64,000 bases of DNA. Source: Lingula anatina. Lineage: Eukaryota; Animalia; Brachiopoda. The translations under genes were made by a program, and so were the position numbers. Numbering within the stretch: the stretch's first letter is position 1; every line of letters begins with the position of its first letter. The stretch is taken from positions 9,362,001-9,426,000 of the forward strand of contig CM120646.1 in assembly GCA_051362555.1 (NCBI GenBank). Reading direction: 5' to 3'. The notes beneath the pieces are model-generated. The model was not told the origin of the DNA and searched no databases. It saw nothing but the letters and a program-made list of their open reading frames with translations. Shown here one piece after another: positions 48,733-61,102 of this stretch.

Positions 48733-49294
48733 GCAGTTAAACAGTTTTTTGTGAAAATTTAATTTTTCACATATTGGCATTTTCAAGGTGTGACTTTAAA
48801 GTTCCATGATCTTGAAGACTTTTGCTTGTCACATTTTCTGAATGTCCATGTTACTAATATTTTATTAATAACATTTGATTGTCATTATGCTGTTAAACAT
48901 TATTTAATGTTGTATCAAAATTTGAAGAAACCCCTATTTTGGGCACTGCTCCTATGATGACCATTTAAGGGAAATCATGTCACTTACTGTTCTCAAACTT
49001 ATAGGAAAGAAACATGGCACTAAAATACAGCTTCAATAGGCAATGCAGTCTGTTTGGTAAATTTTTCTGGCAATTTAACAGTTTTTTGTGAAAATTTAAT
49101 TTTTCACTTATTTGCATCTTTATTTTCTGTTCTTTGTCTGTACATTTGACAGCTTTGCTGCCTTGTTACAGCTTGTCAAGCACAAGACTGGTGGCTGTGT
49201 TCCTTATTTTGTATATGTGGGGGTCTATACGAATGCTCTTGCTCCAGCTGGTGGTACAATATTCGGAGGCGGTATCGCCTCTCTGATCCTCTAG
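39471..49294 (+). mobile_element. HINE/DINE-1-like non-autonomous Helentron, family A (interrupted by family B)
   Basis: 5' subTIR plus inverted partner (ttgtaccaccagc..gctggcggtacac), (ccgccggct)n microsatellite, ~146-bp core repeats at 40490-41200, 3' subTIR gctggtggtacaat, hairpin and ctag|tt end at 49294. Confidence 0.8.
41259..49176 (+). mobile_element. Cluster of nested HINE-like family B elements
   Basis: 5' ends atgtacagacacagatgtgtctgtacat followed by (gtcgcc)n at 41259, 41828 and 44583; ~161-bp tandem core repeats; 3' ends tgtctgtacatttgacagctttgctgccttgtt at ~47685 and ~49176. Inserted in a T-run of family A. Confidence 0.8.
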
Positions 49295-51109
49295 TTAAAT
49301 TTTATTTTGTATTGGAATAATGTATCATATCATTTCATGTGTAAGCAAATTGGCGGCCATTTTGAATTTCGAAAGTCATAATGCAATCTGAATTAACACA
49401 ATTTATAGAAAAGGGTCCTAGGTCCATATTCAGTACACCTAAAAGTAATAAAGAATGTAATTTGAGATGATTAATATGGCATCATTCCAGTTAGGACAGC
49501 CGTATGTAAAAGACATGTTTTGTGGCAGCCACCTTGGATTTCAGGATTTTACGTCAAAATTAAAAGGTTACATCTTCAACAAGCACTTTAGGCAGACAGC
49601 AGAGGCTTTTTACCATTATGGAACATCAAAACACATGCCACATTGCAATTTCTTAATAATTAAATAAAAACTCAAATATAAAAATATTCCCAAAATTATT
49701 AAAAAATGAGCAATAATTGGCAGCCATCTTGAATTTGCTGCCATCTTGGGACATTTTGATGATTGTGAAGTATAGCACACTTCTTAATTTACACATCTGG
49801 TATAATTGTGAATTCCATGATTTTAAATGCATTTGATATATTTAATTTTTATTTTTGGTCTCAAAAATATCAATTTTCAACCCCAGACATTACCATGGCA
49901 ACAGCTCTGTTACTCAGACTCACCACCTGTTTAATGGCAAACAAGCAGAATATAAAAGCTTAGGGCCTTACCTACCAGAAAATAATAGAAAACAAAAATC
50001 AATAATGGGACTAAGTTGGTGGGAGATAATTAAAATTAATATTCTGTTGGAAGAATATATTATATCAATTTTAGCCAGTGTGTATAAGCATATTGGCGGC
50101 CATTTTGAATTTTGAAAGTCTTAATGTAATCAGAATTAATGCAAATTGTTTTAAAAAGTCCTAAGTTCGAATTCAGTTTATTAAAAGTAATAAAGAATGA
50201 CACTTTGATGATAAATCTGGCATCTTTCCAGTTGGGACAGCAGACTTATATTTTGGCCACCATTTTGGATTTCAGGATTTTACAACAAAATTAAAAGGTT
50301 TCATCTAAAATAAATACTGTAGGTAGCAAGTAGAGACTGTATGCTATTCTGGAGCATCAAAACATATCCCACATTCTTATTCCTTAATAATTGAATAAAG
50401 ACTCAAATATGACAAATAATTGAAATTACCCAAAAATTAGCAAAAATTGGCCGCCATCTTGAATTTACAGCCATCTTGGAATATTTTGAGGATCATAAAG
50501 TATAGTGCAGCTCTTAAACTATACATCTGAAAAGATTTTGAATTCCATTCACTTAACACATTTGAATAATTTAATATTTTTTTGGTCTCAGAAATTTCAA
50601 TTTTTAATCTCAGACGTTACCATGGCAACGGCTGTAGCACACACACCCACCACCAGTTTAATGGCAAACAAGCGGAAAATCAAAGCCTAGGACCTAAGCT
50701 ATCAGAAAAACATAGTGAACGAAAACCACTAAGGGGGGGGAGGGGGGTCTACATTGGCCCATAGACTATGACCTTCGACTGCAAGATATTTTCATTTCAA
50801 ACTTCTAACTCCGCGTCAGGCACTTTAATTGCTTCTTGTCTCGCCTGCACGAGACTTCAGCGCAAGGCAGGAAAGGCAGCTCCAGGCGGCCAAACCTGTG
50901 ACGTACGAGACTTATGACTTCCAAATATGGATCCAGGCAGACACAGCTGTGATGTGTGACTTCCAAATATGGAAGCGCCCCAGGCAGAATTTTGAAGAAG
51001 AACGCCCCCGAGTTGCCACTGTTCGCTAGAGCCTGGTATTGCTACTATGGGTTATATATGAAATCAAGATCGAGCTGGCAATACCGGAATCTAGAACCTA
51101 GGGTAGTCC

Positions 51110-52946
51110 GACATTATGCTGTTTAGCATTATGTAATATTGCATCAAAATAGAAGAAAACACAATTTTTGGTGATGTTGCCATGATGACCATTATGGGAA
51201 AACCGTATTACTTATGATTGTTAAACTTTCAAAAAAGAAACACAGGACTCAAATGCAACCTGAGTTGGAAAAGCAGTCTAATTGGCTTCTTTTTCTGGAA
51301 GTTATTTATTTTAGTGAAATATTCATTACTATAGTATTGGCATATTCATTGTGGGACTCTGAGCTCCCATGGACATGAAGCTGCATGGTAATCAAATTTT
51401 CTATATGTCTATGCTATTTATAGTCAATAATTAAAAATTGGTGATCATTATTCTGTAATTTATTATGTAATGTTACATCAAAATTGACAAAAATCTTTTT
51501 ATACTGCTACTACAAACATTATGAAAAGAAGACTGTGTTACTTATTAGTATTTTTAACTTACAAGTATGGTTTTTAGGATTGGCATGCAGTTTTTCGCAC
51601 ATTGGCATTTTCAAGGTGTGACTTAGAACCACCACAGGCTTGAAGACCCATGCAAGTCACATTTTCTGAAAATCCATGATACGTATATTTTATTATTAAA
51701 AATTGATGGTCATTATGCTGTTAAGCATTATGTAATATTGCATCAAAATAGAAGAAAACACAATTTTGGGAGCTGCTGCCATGATGACCATTATGGGAAA
51801 ACCATGTTACTTATGATTGTCAAACTTTCAAAAAAGAAACACAGGACTAAAATGCAGCCCGAGTTGAAAAAGCAGTCTAATTGGCTTCTTTTTCTTGAAG
51901 TTATACATTTAAGTGAAATATTCATTTTTATCGTGTTGGCATATTCATTGTGGGACTCAGAATTCCCATGGACATAAAGCCATATGGTAACCAAACTTTC
52001 TACATGTCCATGCTATTTATAGTCAATAATCAAAAATTGGTGATAATTATTCTGTAATTTATTATGTAATGTTACATCAAAATTGACAAAAATGCACTGC
52101 TACTATAAACATTTTGAAAAGAAAACTGTGTTACTTATTATTTTTAACTTACAAGTATGATTTTTAGGATTGGCATGCAGTTCAAATTAGAAAGCCAGAT
52201 CAATTGGGTTATCATTTATTATTGAACTTATGCAATTTTGTGTAAAATTTTCATTTTTCTCATTCTGGCACTTTCAAAGTGTGAACTCTCATGGGCCTGA
52301 AGCCTTATGCTTGTTACATATTTTACTTACATTGGTATTACCTGTTGAGCATAATTAAAATTTGATATTGAATTTGCGGTTAAGCATAATGTACTTTTGC
52401 ATCAGAATTGACAGTAGCCTATTTTGTGCATTTTTATTTTCTGCTTTTTGTCTGTACATTTGACAGCTTTGCTGCCTTGTTAATTTTATCTTTATTTGCA
52501 TATGACTAATATGTATAACTAACTGTGCAGCATTGGTACCTGATAACATCTCAAACATCAGTAATTACCACATGGCCTGCACTTTGAATATTTGGCTGGT
52601 AACTTCTTAATAAAACAGTTTGCTGCCATGTTAAATAAACACCTGGGCCCGGTTGCACCAACCGGTCGTAAGTGAGGCGTAGCAGTTGCGCCGGCGTAAA
52701 CCGGGCACAAATCGCTACGCCCGAGTAAAGCCAGTTGCACCAAAATAGAATAGTGTTTATGTCGGTCTTAACTTAGTCGTAAATTTACGCCTGCCAGCTA
52801 GGTGGTGTAAGTCGGTCGTAGCTCGTTTTCCACTATGGCTAGGCAAGCACAGAGAGAGTTTGATGACAATAATCTTAGTTAACGTAGAAAATGTGGGTTG
52901 CTATTTGTTAGTTTCCTACTCAAATCTTCCCTCTGTATAGCTTGGT

Positions 52947-52981
<35 letters not shown>

Positions 52982-54527
52982 TAAGATTATTAAATACATT
53001 ATATATGTAGCCATGTACATGTATATGCATATGTTCAAATTAAATCTTACCACTCGTAGGTACGTCTTGGCTCTCAGCAGTACGGTTTCTTTAATTCTTT
53101 TTCTTTTCACAATTTTGACAAACCATAACTAACTATAGTAATTCTTTCTTCACATTTTATATCATTTATATTTTACTATATATAAACATAGAGACGAAAG
53201 CTTAAAATATCAACTTTTTAAGGCTCATATAATGTGTATTAGGTCTCTTGTATTTCTTAATCTCCAAGATGTAAGCTCGATTGAGTTAAATAATCTCTCA
53301 CGGTGTAACCATAGATAAGAAGGTCATGAAATTGTTGGCACTGTTGTAAAAATATAAAAAGAGAGCAATGTTGGCGTTTTTGCATTATTTTCAGTCTCAA
53401 AAGTTTCAATAACAAATGTGAAGGTGTTCAAATCCATTAATAAGCCAATGAAATACATACTGCCTCCGACGCGTTTTTCTCATTTACAACAGCATACTAT
53501 AATAGCTTATTATAATAATATTTTGATTCGGAATATATTTACGATTTTATTGCTATATATCCAAGGCAACAGCAAAGTTAACGTATTTCAACGTTCTTGT
53601 TACTAAATCAAAATGGAATAATGTAGCTTATGAATTTCTCCGTCTCTGAAATGCTCCTTTTGTGTTTATTTATGTCATCATTCCATTATGACTGCAGCTG
53701 AGATCACCTCATTTGCCCAATTATACCATTCACGTATTGTTGGCCAGTGGCGCAACGGAGCGTTACTCGGGCGTAGTTACGACAATCAGTTTTTGTCTTG
53801 GTGCAACGGGCGTAAGCAGGGAGAGTAAACCTGGCGCACGGACGCCAGGCGTTGCGGTTTACGACAGTCGTAGCCGAGTAAATTTACGCCCTGTTGGTGC
53901 AACCGGGCCCTGATGATCAGGCATACCTTATGGGTATGCTAGTGAAACTCAAAAGTTGGGGTTCACACGTCTGGTGTTTACTTATTAATTTTTATTGTAT
54001 GTATATATGTGACTCTTCATTGATATTCCTTATTTCAACATGTGGTGACTTTGATCAGTGTTTCTACCTTTCAGGTAAATTGCATTGGGAATTTTATTAC
54101 TATTAAACATGATGTAATATTATTTTATGCACTGTCATCATTTTTCATATAGAGGGACTTTCATCATGTGAATTTTAACTCTCATGGTCCTGACATTGTA
54201 ATCTTATTGAAAGGGTGGATTAAGACCATCTTCTGGGTCTCCTGGAAGACAGTCAGATTTTACAGTTTATATTAACGGGTTTCTGTTGGAAGACTATCAA
54301 AATGGAGGATGGATCAACAAAGATACTTTGGAATACTGTCAGAAAATATCTCTGAATCTGCTCCTGTTATTGACCATGTTACCTGTTGTGCATGATAAAA
54401 AATCAGTGTTGACTGACTGTGCTATTATAACAGTTATTATTGCATCAAAATTGACATAATGACCTATTTTGCATCTTTTTTTTTTTCTGTTTTTTGTCTG
54501 TACATTTGACAGCTTTGCTGCCTTGTT
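51110..54527 (+). mobile_element. Further family B 3' fragments (51110-52480 and 54110-54527)
   Basis: Direct similarity to 46060-46900 and near-identity to 47270-47685; both fragments end in tgtctgtacatttgacagctttgctgccttgtt. Confidence 0.7.
52646..53909. mobile_element. Non-autonomous PIF/Harbinger-like element
   Basis: TIR ggcccggttgcaccaac / gttggtgcaaccgggcc, 3-bp TSD ctg on both sides, subterminal cgtaa/ttacg motifs. Confidence 0.8.
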
Positions 54528-54707
54528 GTACAGAGTGCATTCTCAGCTGTGCCTCGATTTAATTACTGTGACTCTCCTATAAGTGTGTACAGTCTTTGTT
54601 GTCACTGTTAGCAATTGTTGTGAAGTATAATCTGATTGAAATGTACATTCTGTTTTGTCACTGTTTGTTTCAGTGTAACATATTCTGATAGTTATAATTG
54701 TACATTT

Positions 54708-55571
54708 CAGGGGCGCAACCAGACATTTTAAAATTGTACGCACAAATTTTCATAATTCCCAGGTACAGCTAAATGTAGACTTATGCAACAGATGAAGGAC
54801 AGTTTAAATTATATGTACTAAATATAATAGCTTATTTTTCACCAGAAATAAAATCATCACTCAAAGTTAAAGTATTCACCACCATATAATTAAGGTATAG
54901 TATATTATTTCGCCAAGAACCAACACTTTTTCTCGGAAATTTCAGTGCGTCCTACTTTTCCAAGTGCCATGACGTGTGTCTGTGTGTGTGTGTGGGGGGG
55001 GGGGGGGGGGGGAGGGAGGTGAAATTAAATGAAAAAAAATTAAAGAATAATAAATTTCAAGGGGGGGGGTTAAAAATAATCGATAACGATCTCCCATCGA
55101 CGCGCCGATTCACTCCACTGAATGAATATGAAAGTTGCCTTCTCGTCTCTCATTCGGATTGGTAACGGTCTCCGGCTGACAACATACCGCAAACGAAGTC
55201 CCTTGAACGAATATGAAAATTGCTTTCTTGATTCCCTCGGTTCGCGACTGATCTCCTGCTGAAGAGATGAGAATGATCCCTCCTTTCAATTTCTGAAAAA
55301 ATCACACCAATGGCCCTTTCTTGAAATTAAAATTTTGACTAGCTGAATCAAACGTACCAATTGGCACAGTTCACCCTCTAAATTACAAAAAATTTTGGGC
55401 CCCGAACCTCACGCCAATTGGGGGTGGGGGGGGGGGGGTCGGCTTACAATCAAAGGGGATTTTAGATTATATTCTGTGAAAAATACACTACATTTATAGA
55501 GAATAATATCATGGTTGGCCCAGAAAATTGTATGCACAGTGCATCCATGCGTATGCCTGGTTACGCCCATG
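54708..55571. mobile_element. Non-autonomous hAT-like element with 5-bp TSD
   Basis: caggggcgcaaccag ... ctggttacgcccatg, flanked by cattt on both sides. Confidence 0.7.
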
Positions 55572-55687
55572 CATTTTCTATTTTGATCACTGTGTTAATC
55601 AGATTTGTCACTCTATTGGTTCGTATTCATTTTGATTACTGTACATGTTTATTTTGTCACTATAAGTTTTTGTGACTGTTCACATTC

Positions 55688-56491
55688 TTATTATCCCCGC
55701 ACTCTTGGGACAAAAGTCGGGGATCATGTTCTCCCGCCCGTCCTACATCTGTGCGTCTGTGCATTTGGGCATTCTTGCGTCTGTGAGTTAGTTATTTCCG
55801 CTATCTCCTCCTAGACTATTGCAGGTAGGAAGTTGAACTTTTGGGAATTGGTAGACCCATCTTCAGGGATGTGCATGGGCACATTAGAATTTTAGTGCCA
55901 CAGGGGGTTGGGCTGTCCCTGGGGGGTAGTTGATTCAAAATTCTTATGACATTGTAATTTTTGCTATCTCCTCCTAGACCGTTATAGGAAATTGAAACTT
56001 TGGGATATTTGGGACCGGGATAGGAAATTGAAACTTTGGGAATTGGAAGATCCGTCATCAGGGATGTGCATATACACTTAGGAATTTTATTGCAACAGGG
56101 GGCTGGGCTTTCCCCGGGGGTTGGTTGATTCTGAATTCTTTTCACAGTGTAGTTTCTGCTATTTTCTTCTAGACCATTGTAGGTAGGAAGTTGAAACTTT
56201 GGTGATTAGTATACCCATCATCAGAGATGTGCATGGGCACTTTTGAATTGTAGTGCAACAGGGGGTTGGGCTGTCCCTGGGGGTTGGTTGATTCTAAATT
56301 CTTTTATCATTGTAGTTTTTTTTTTACGTTTATATTTTTAAATACTTTTGGATGAAGCAGTGATGTGTGTATGTGTGTGCGTACATGCGTGTATACGTGC
56401 ATGTGTGGTAAGTGGTCCCTAGGGGTGAGCTGCTCTTGATAATATGGGGAAGTGCCGGGATATGCGATGGCTACTCATCAACACCATCTAG
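55688..56491 (+). mobile_element. HINE-like family C element
   Basis: 5' atccccgcac..gtcggggat, short simple-repeat tract, three ~165-195-bp core repeats, 3' gtgccgggatatgc, gatgg..ccatc hairpin and ctag|tt end. Confidence 0.7.
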
Positions 56492-59400
56492 TTACAAATA
56501 TGTGTCTGCAAATATTCTTATCACTGTGTATGTTTGTCTTGTCATTATTTGTTTCCATATATTATGATCACTGTGTACAGTCTTTGTTGTCACTGTTAGC
56601 AGTTGTGTTTATATATATATATCCTGATTGCAGCATACATTCTGTGTTAACACTGTATGTGTTTGTTTATCTGCATACCCACGATATACTGGGTAACAGC
56701 AGGGGGCGATCATCTCTGAAAGTCTGTCAAAATATTCCTATGCATTGGATTACATTATCTTTACCCTAACTGATTCATAGGTGCGACAGACAATTAAGCC
56801 AATTAAGTTGATAGCAATTTAGTGAGACTCCCCTGGGAGTTGGACCAATCCAGATGAATCAATCTAGGCATGGTAACTCAGTCTAAAACAGAGCTTAAAT
56901 CTGGGACACAGACACACCAGTCTATTTTGTAGCTGTATATTATGAGAAAGAAAAGTATTGTCGTTTTTTTTTTTTCTTTCTTTTTTTTTTTTTTTTTTTT
57001 TTGTCATATCAGGGATAATTTAGGGCACACACACTAGAAAAAAAGAAAAATTGTTCTTCGGAGCAAATTTTCTATTGTCACTGTTTGTCTTTCTATATAT
57101 TCTTATCAAGTCTGTATTGTCACTCTGTTTGTTTGTAATCCTCATGATTTCTGTGTATGTTAGTGTTGTCACTTTAAGCTGTGTCTGTTATTTTCTGATC
57201 GCTGTATACATTCTGTGTTGTCATACATTCCGTATATCTGCTATTGATATTATAGTATTGGTATTATGATATTATTGGTTTAGCTGTATGTGTTTGCACA
57301 TATTCTGATCACTGCGTACAGTCTTTGTTGTCAGTGTTAGTAATTGTGTTTATAGATATTCTGATTGCTCTGTACATTGTATGTTAACACTGTATTTGTA
57401 TATAATATATGCGCTGATTACTTTATACAGTATATCCATGTTATAGCTCTATGTTTTTCTATATATTTTGATCTTGATATAAGTGTTTTGTTGCTATATG
57501 TATCTGTATATAATTTGATCACTGTTTGTATTGATTTTGATTACTGTGCATGTCAGTTTTGTCACTCTGTTTATAATCATTACTATTTTGCTGAATGTTG
57601 GTGTTGTCCATGTATGTCTATGTGTCTGTTTATATTCTGTTTGCTGTGTCTATTTTGTATTGTTACGTTACTGTTATCACTATATATGTTAATATGTTTT
57701 TGATCACTGTGTATGTTTGTGTTGTTACTGTTTGTGTCTGCAAATAATTCTGATCACTGTGTACGTCTGTATTGTGACAGTGTTTGTAAGTAATTATTTT
57801 GATTACTGTGCATGTTGGTGTTGTCACTGTACGTGTTTGTATATATTGTGAGCACTGTGTATGTGGATTTTGTGACTCTACTTGTTTGCAATCATTACTA
57901 TTACTCTGTGACTTCTCTGTGAGACAAGAGCTCTACCGCCTGAGCTATACGGCCAATCCCGTTATGGCAGGTCTAAATTTGCTTGGGCCCTACTACCACA
58001 ATAGGTAAGTAGAAGGTGTCACAATTGGGTGTAATCCTTTTAAAAGTACTTTTAAAATTCTAGGATCTGTCGCAAGTATCGCAATCGGTGGGTTTGAAGC
58101 ATTGGAATTGGTCGGGCACTACCACCACAATCGGTAAATGTCAACAGCCTTGTGAGCAACCGGCCTCGTTTTCAGAAAGAGGTTGCGCCGCTCAGCAAAA
58201 TGGCGCTAGTAGAAGGCCATAGAGACAGGTAAGATGTACGTATGTTATACAATGACCAGTTGAATTATAAATTCAACAGGAAAAAACAGTTTATGCTTAA
58301 GTTACATTTTATATGCCAGAGGAATGTTCATGTATCGATTTCATTGAGTATTCTCTGAAGTGACATTCGTCTTCCAAAATGGCCGCACACAAAACGGCAT
58401 TGTAAACATGTATTTGGATGAAATATTTTTTCCTTATCTGTTGAGGTTTTTCCATAGTTTGACATTCATTTTTGAACATATAAAATCTTCAGGAACTATT
58501 CAAACCTGTAACCTGGTGATTTTTGATATTTCCAACAAGGTCTATATTTGGCATAATCGATTACAGTGTCGGATAGCCCTAGCAGCCAAGTCTCGAAGGT
58601 TGCATGAATTAACATTATATATATATATATATACAGTTTTGTGCAGAGAAGGTGACATTACGGATATGGATAAACTTACGTATCGCAAATTGCACATAAT
58701 TACAGGGTAAACACAATAGGACACAATGCTTAGAGTAAGTCAGCTGGGGTAAGGGAAGTTAGTTGAGTTGGCCTCGTTTAAGGTGATGAGTGACAGCCTT
58801 AATTGCCACCTCTCCCTCTACCGATGCTGCTGAGTGACAGCTTTAATAGAGGCTGTCCGGGTTCTCAACGAGAAGACCAAGTTTCTCCGTGATTTTACGA
58901 GATCTGCCTTGAGGTGGGGTTAAAATATGGAGTCCACAAGGAAGTAGAGCAGCGATTTCTTTACTTGAAAAATAGCTGAACTTACACATTGGATGGATGC
59001 CATATCAGAACATTAGACTTGCCTGCATCTTTGATTTAATTTCACTAAATTTATAGTAACTAATTCAAAAAGCTCGAGTTTGATCATAAGGTTAATTTTC
59101 TTCATTTATTTACTTATGAAAATGATGCTATAGAAACTAATGGATAGCATTCACAAAATGTAAGTTTCATTGTGATCAGATCCGACTTAAATGACAGGAA
59201 AGATGACAAAAGAAAGTATTAAAATGGACAACATATAAGTTGAAATTTTCACAAAATCATTGCATTTTATTGACAGTTATACACAAATGCAACAAATAAA
59301 CACATCACAGGCGAACTTGTAATTGTGATCTGAGTAATTGATATGAAAAACAGGTGTCATATAGTTATTAAAAAAAGTCACTACAGTAACATAAGAATGA

Positions 59401-60663
59401 TACTAGCAAGTAAAATAATTTTCTTCATTAAATCACTAGTGCAGTACAATACATAGGCCTATATACATATATATATATTCATAAAACTAAATATTTCATT
59501 TTAAAGTAATAAAGAAAATGCCTGATACTGTAAGTGACACCCAGAAAAAATGCCATCTGTTGACTCCTGATATAATTAAGTAAACAACATAATAACTAAG
59601 GACATAAGAGATTAATATACACTGAGCAATCTTCAACATCTGATTATCCTGACGACATGACTCTCGCAGTTCTTGACTGGTTCAATAACATGTGCTGTGT
59701 CTGTCATGCTCTAAAATAAATAAAAAATAACTCACTTAGTTTTCTGAAATATATATCATTATGTGATAAATGTTGTTGTAAAATACCAACTCTAATTTCC
59801 ACTTTACTTGCAAATTGCAATTATCATAACTGACCACCCGGCATGGAATGTTACAACTGAACATTGTGTATACTTAATAGGTGTGGAAGGTTCACCAGTA
59901 TTTCATAATCAGGTACACGTTATATGGAGATAGGAATGGTACAAGCAAATTTGTCTGATATAGTTACCGTAAAAGACTATTAATCACAAGTTATGGGCTG
60001 TATTACATTAATAAACCATGGTGTCCTGTAAACTACACACAAAACTTACTTATTAATATGCCCCTCGACCGTTGATGATACGGTCTGTACGGTGATGCCA
60101 TGGAGCCAGTGACGTGCAGGGTGCGAGTTGTCTGCAGTTGGTCCCTTTATTTCTACAAAATACTGCGACCTGATCTGTACTTTAAATATTTCGGCATTTA
60201 GTCCTTTTAATCTAATCAAGCCCAACTTCTCTTTCTTCACTTCACTTCTCTCGCCAGTCATGTTCGTCATCCATAGTCATTTTCCTGGTTTTCTCGCTTT
60301 ACTTTATCTGCAATGCACCCTACGACACAACATTAGCAATTCGCCATTGCGTTGCTTTATCTCAAATTACATGACAACGCCAAATTTTACTCAATGCAAT
60401 CCTAAAACATAGACTTGTGCCTGACCGCGAGAGAAGTTTCAATGGCAGATTTTAACCCCACCTCTCGTGAAATCTCGCTCCAATCCAGGTCTCGTTTGAC
60501 GTCATCTGCTGCGCAGATGTTCAAAATAGGCTATCCCGGACATCCCCTATTGTCATCTCCCAAGTCCCAACCGCTTATCTGATTATCTGCCCGACTGCAC
60601 ACAATCATTGTTTATCTATATGTGGCACGCTTTCATCGTATTCGTCCTTCAGTTAGTATTTAA

Positions 60664-61102
60664 AGCCTAGGTCCCAAATACGTTTTCCACGCACGGTATT
60701 TTAGGTTCCTTGCGTCCGGCTAGGACGTAGCAAGATCGCACGTAGCGGCTGTTGATCATGTCGAAAAGTTAAGCTTAGGTCCCAACTACGTTTTCCAAGC
60801 ACGGCTTTTAGGTTCCTTGCGTCCGGCTAGGACGTAGCAAGATCGCACGAAGCGGCTGTTGATCATGTCGAAAAGTTTCTACGTGCTGTTTGCGTCCTCC
60901 AAAAGTCGCACGATGGACGTGCTCCTCACGCACGAACTCCCACGTTTTCCCCCATTTTTTGGCCGTAGACCACGCATAGCAGCCCATACTTTCGGTTGGG
61001 ATCTAGGCTTTATTTGATTCCCTCCCTGCGATTTAGCTACGCCCTAGACGGACGCAAGGAGCCTAAAAACCGTGCGTCCAAAACGTAGTTGGGACCTAGG
61101 TT
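60664..61102. mobile_element. Harbinger-like MITE with a duplicated left end
   Basis: TIR agcctaggtcccaa / ttgggacctaggtt, TSD taa; the first ~108 bp are tandemly duplicated. Confidence 0.7.

Larger units (their letters stand above)
36318..50768. mobile_element. Non-autonomous long-TIR DNA transposon (Academ-like), 14.4 kb including nested insertions
   Basis: TIRs several hundred bp long (tagtccgtgggccaa.. / ..ttggcccatagacta), TAG/CTA termini, 3-bp TSD tga at 36315-36317 and 50769-50771, internal ~750-bp subrepeats. No transposase ORF. Confidence 0.75.
54560..57900 (+). repeat. Degenerate ~40-bp TG-rich minisatellite interrupted by transposons
   Basis: Recurrent tattctgatcactgtgta..tgtcactgt units; these explain the Cys/Val/Tyr-rich spurious ORFs. 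Confidence 0.65.

Noticed and set aside
56452-58008. Cys/Val/Tyr-rich ORFs
   Set aside because: They arise from a degenerate TG-rich minisatellite.
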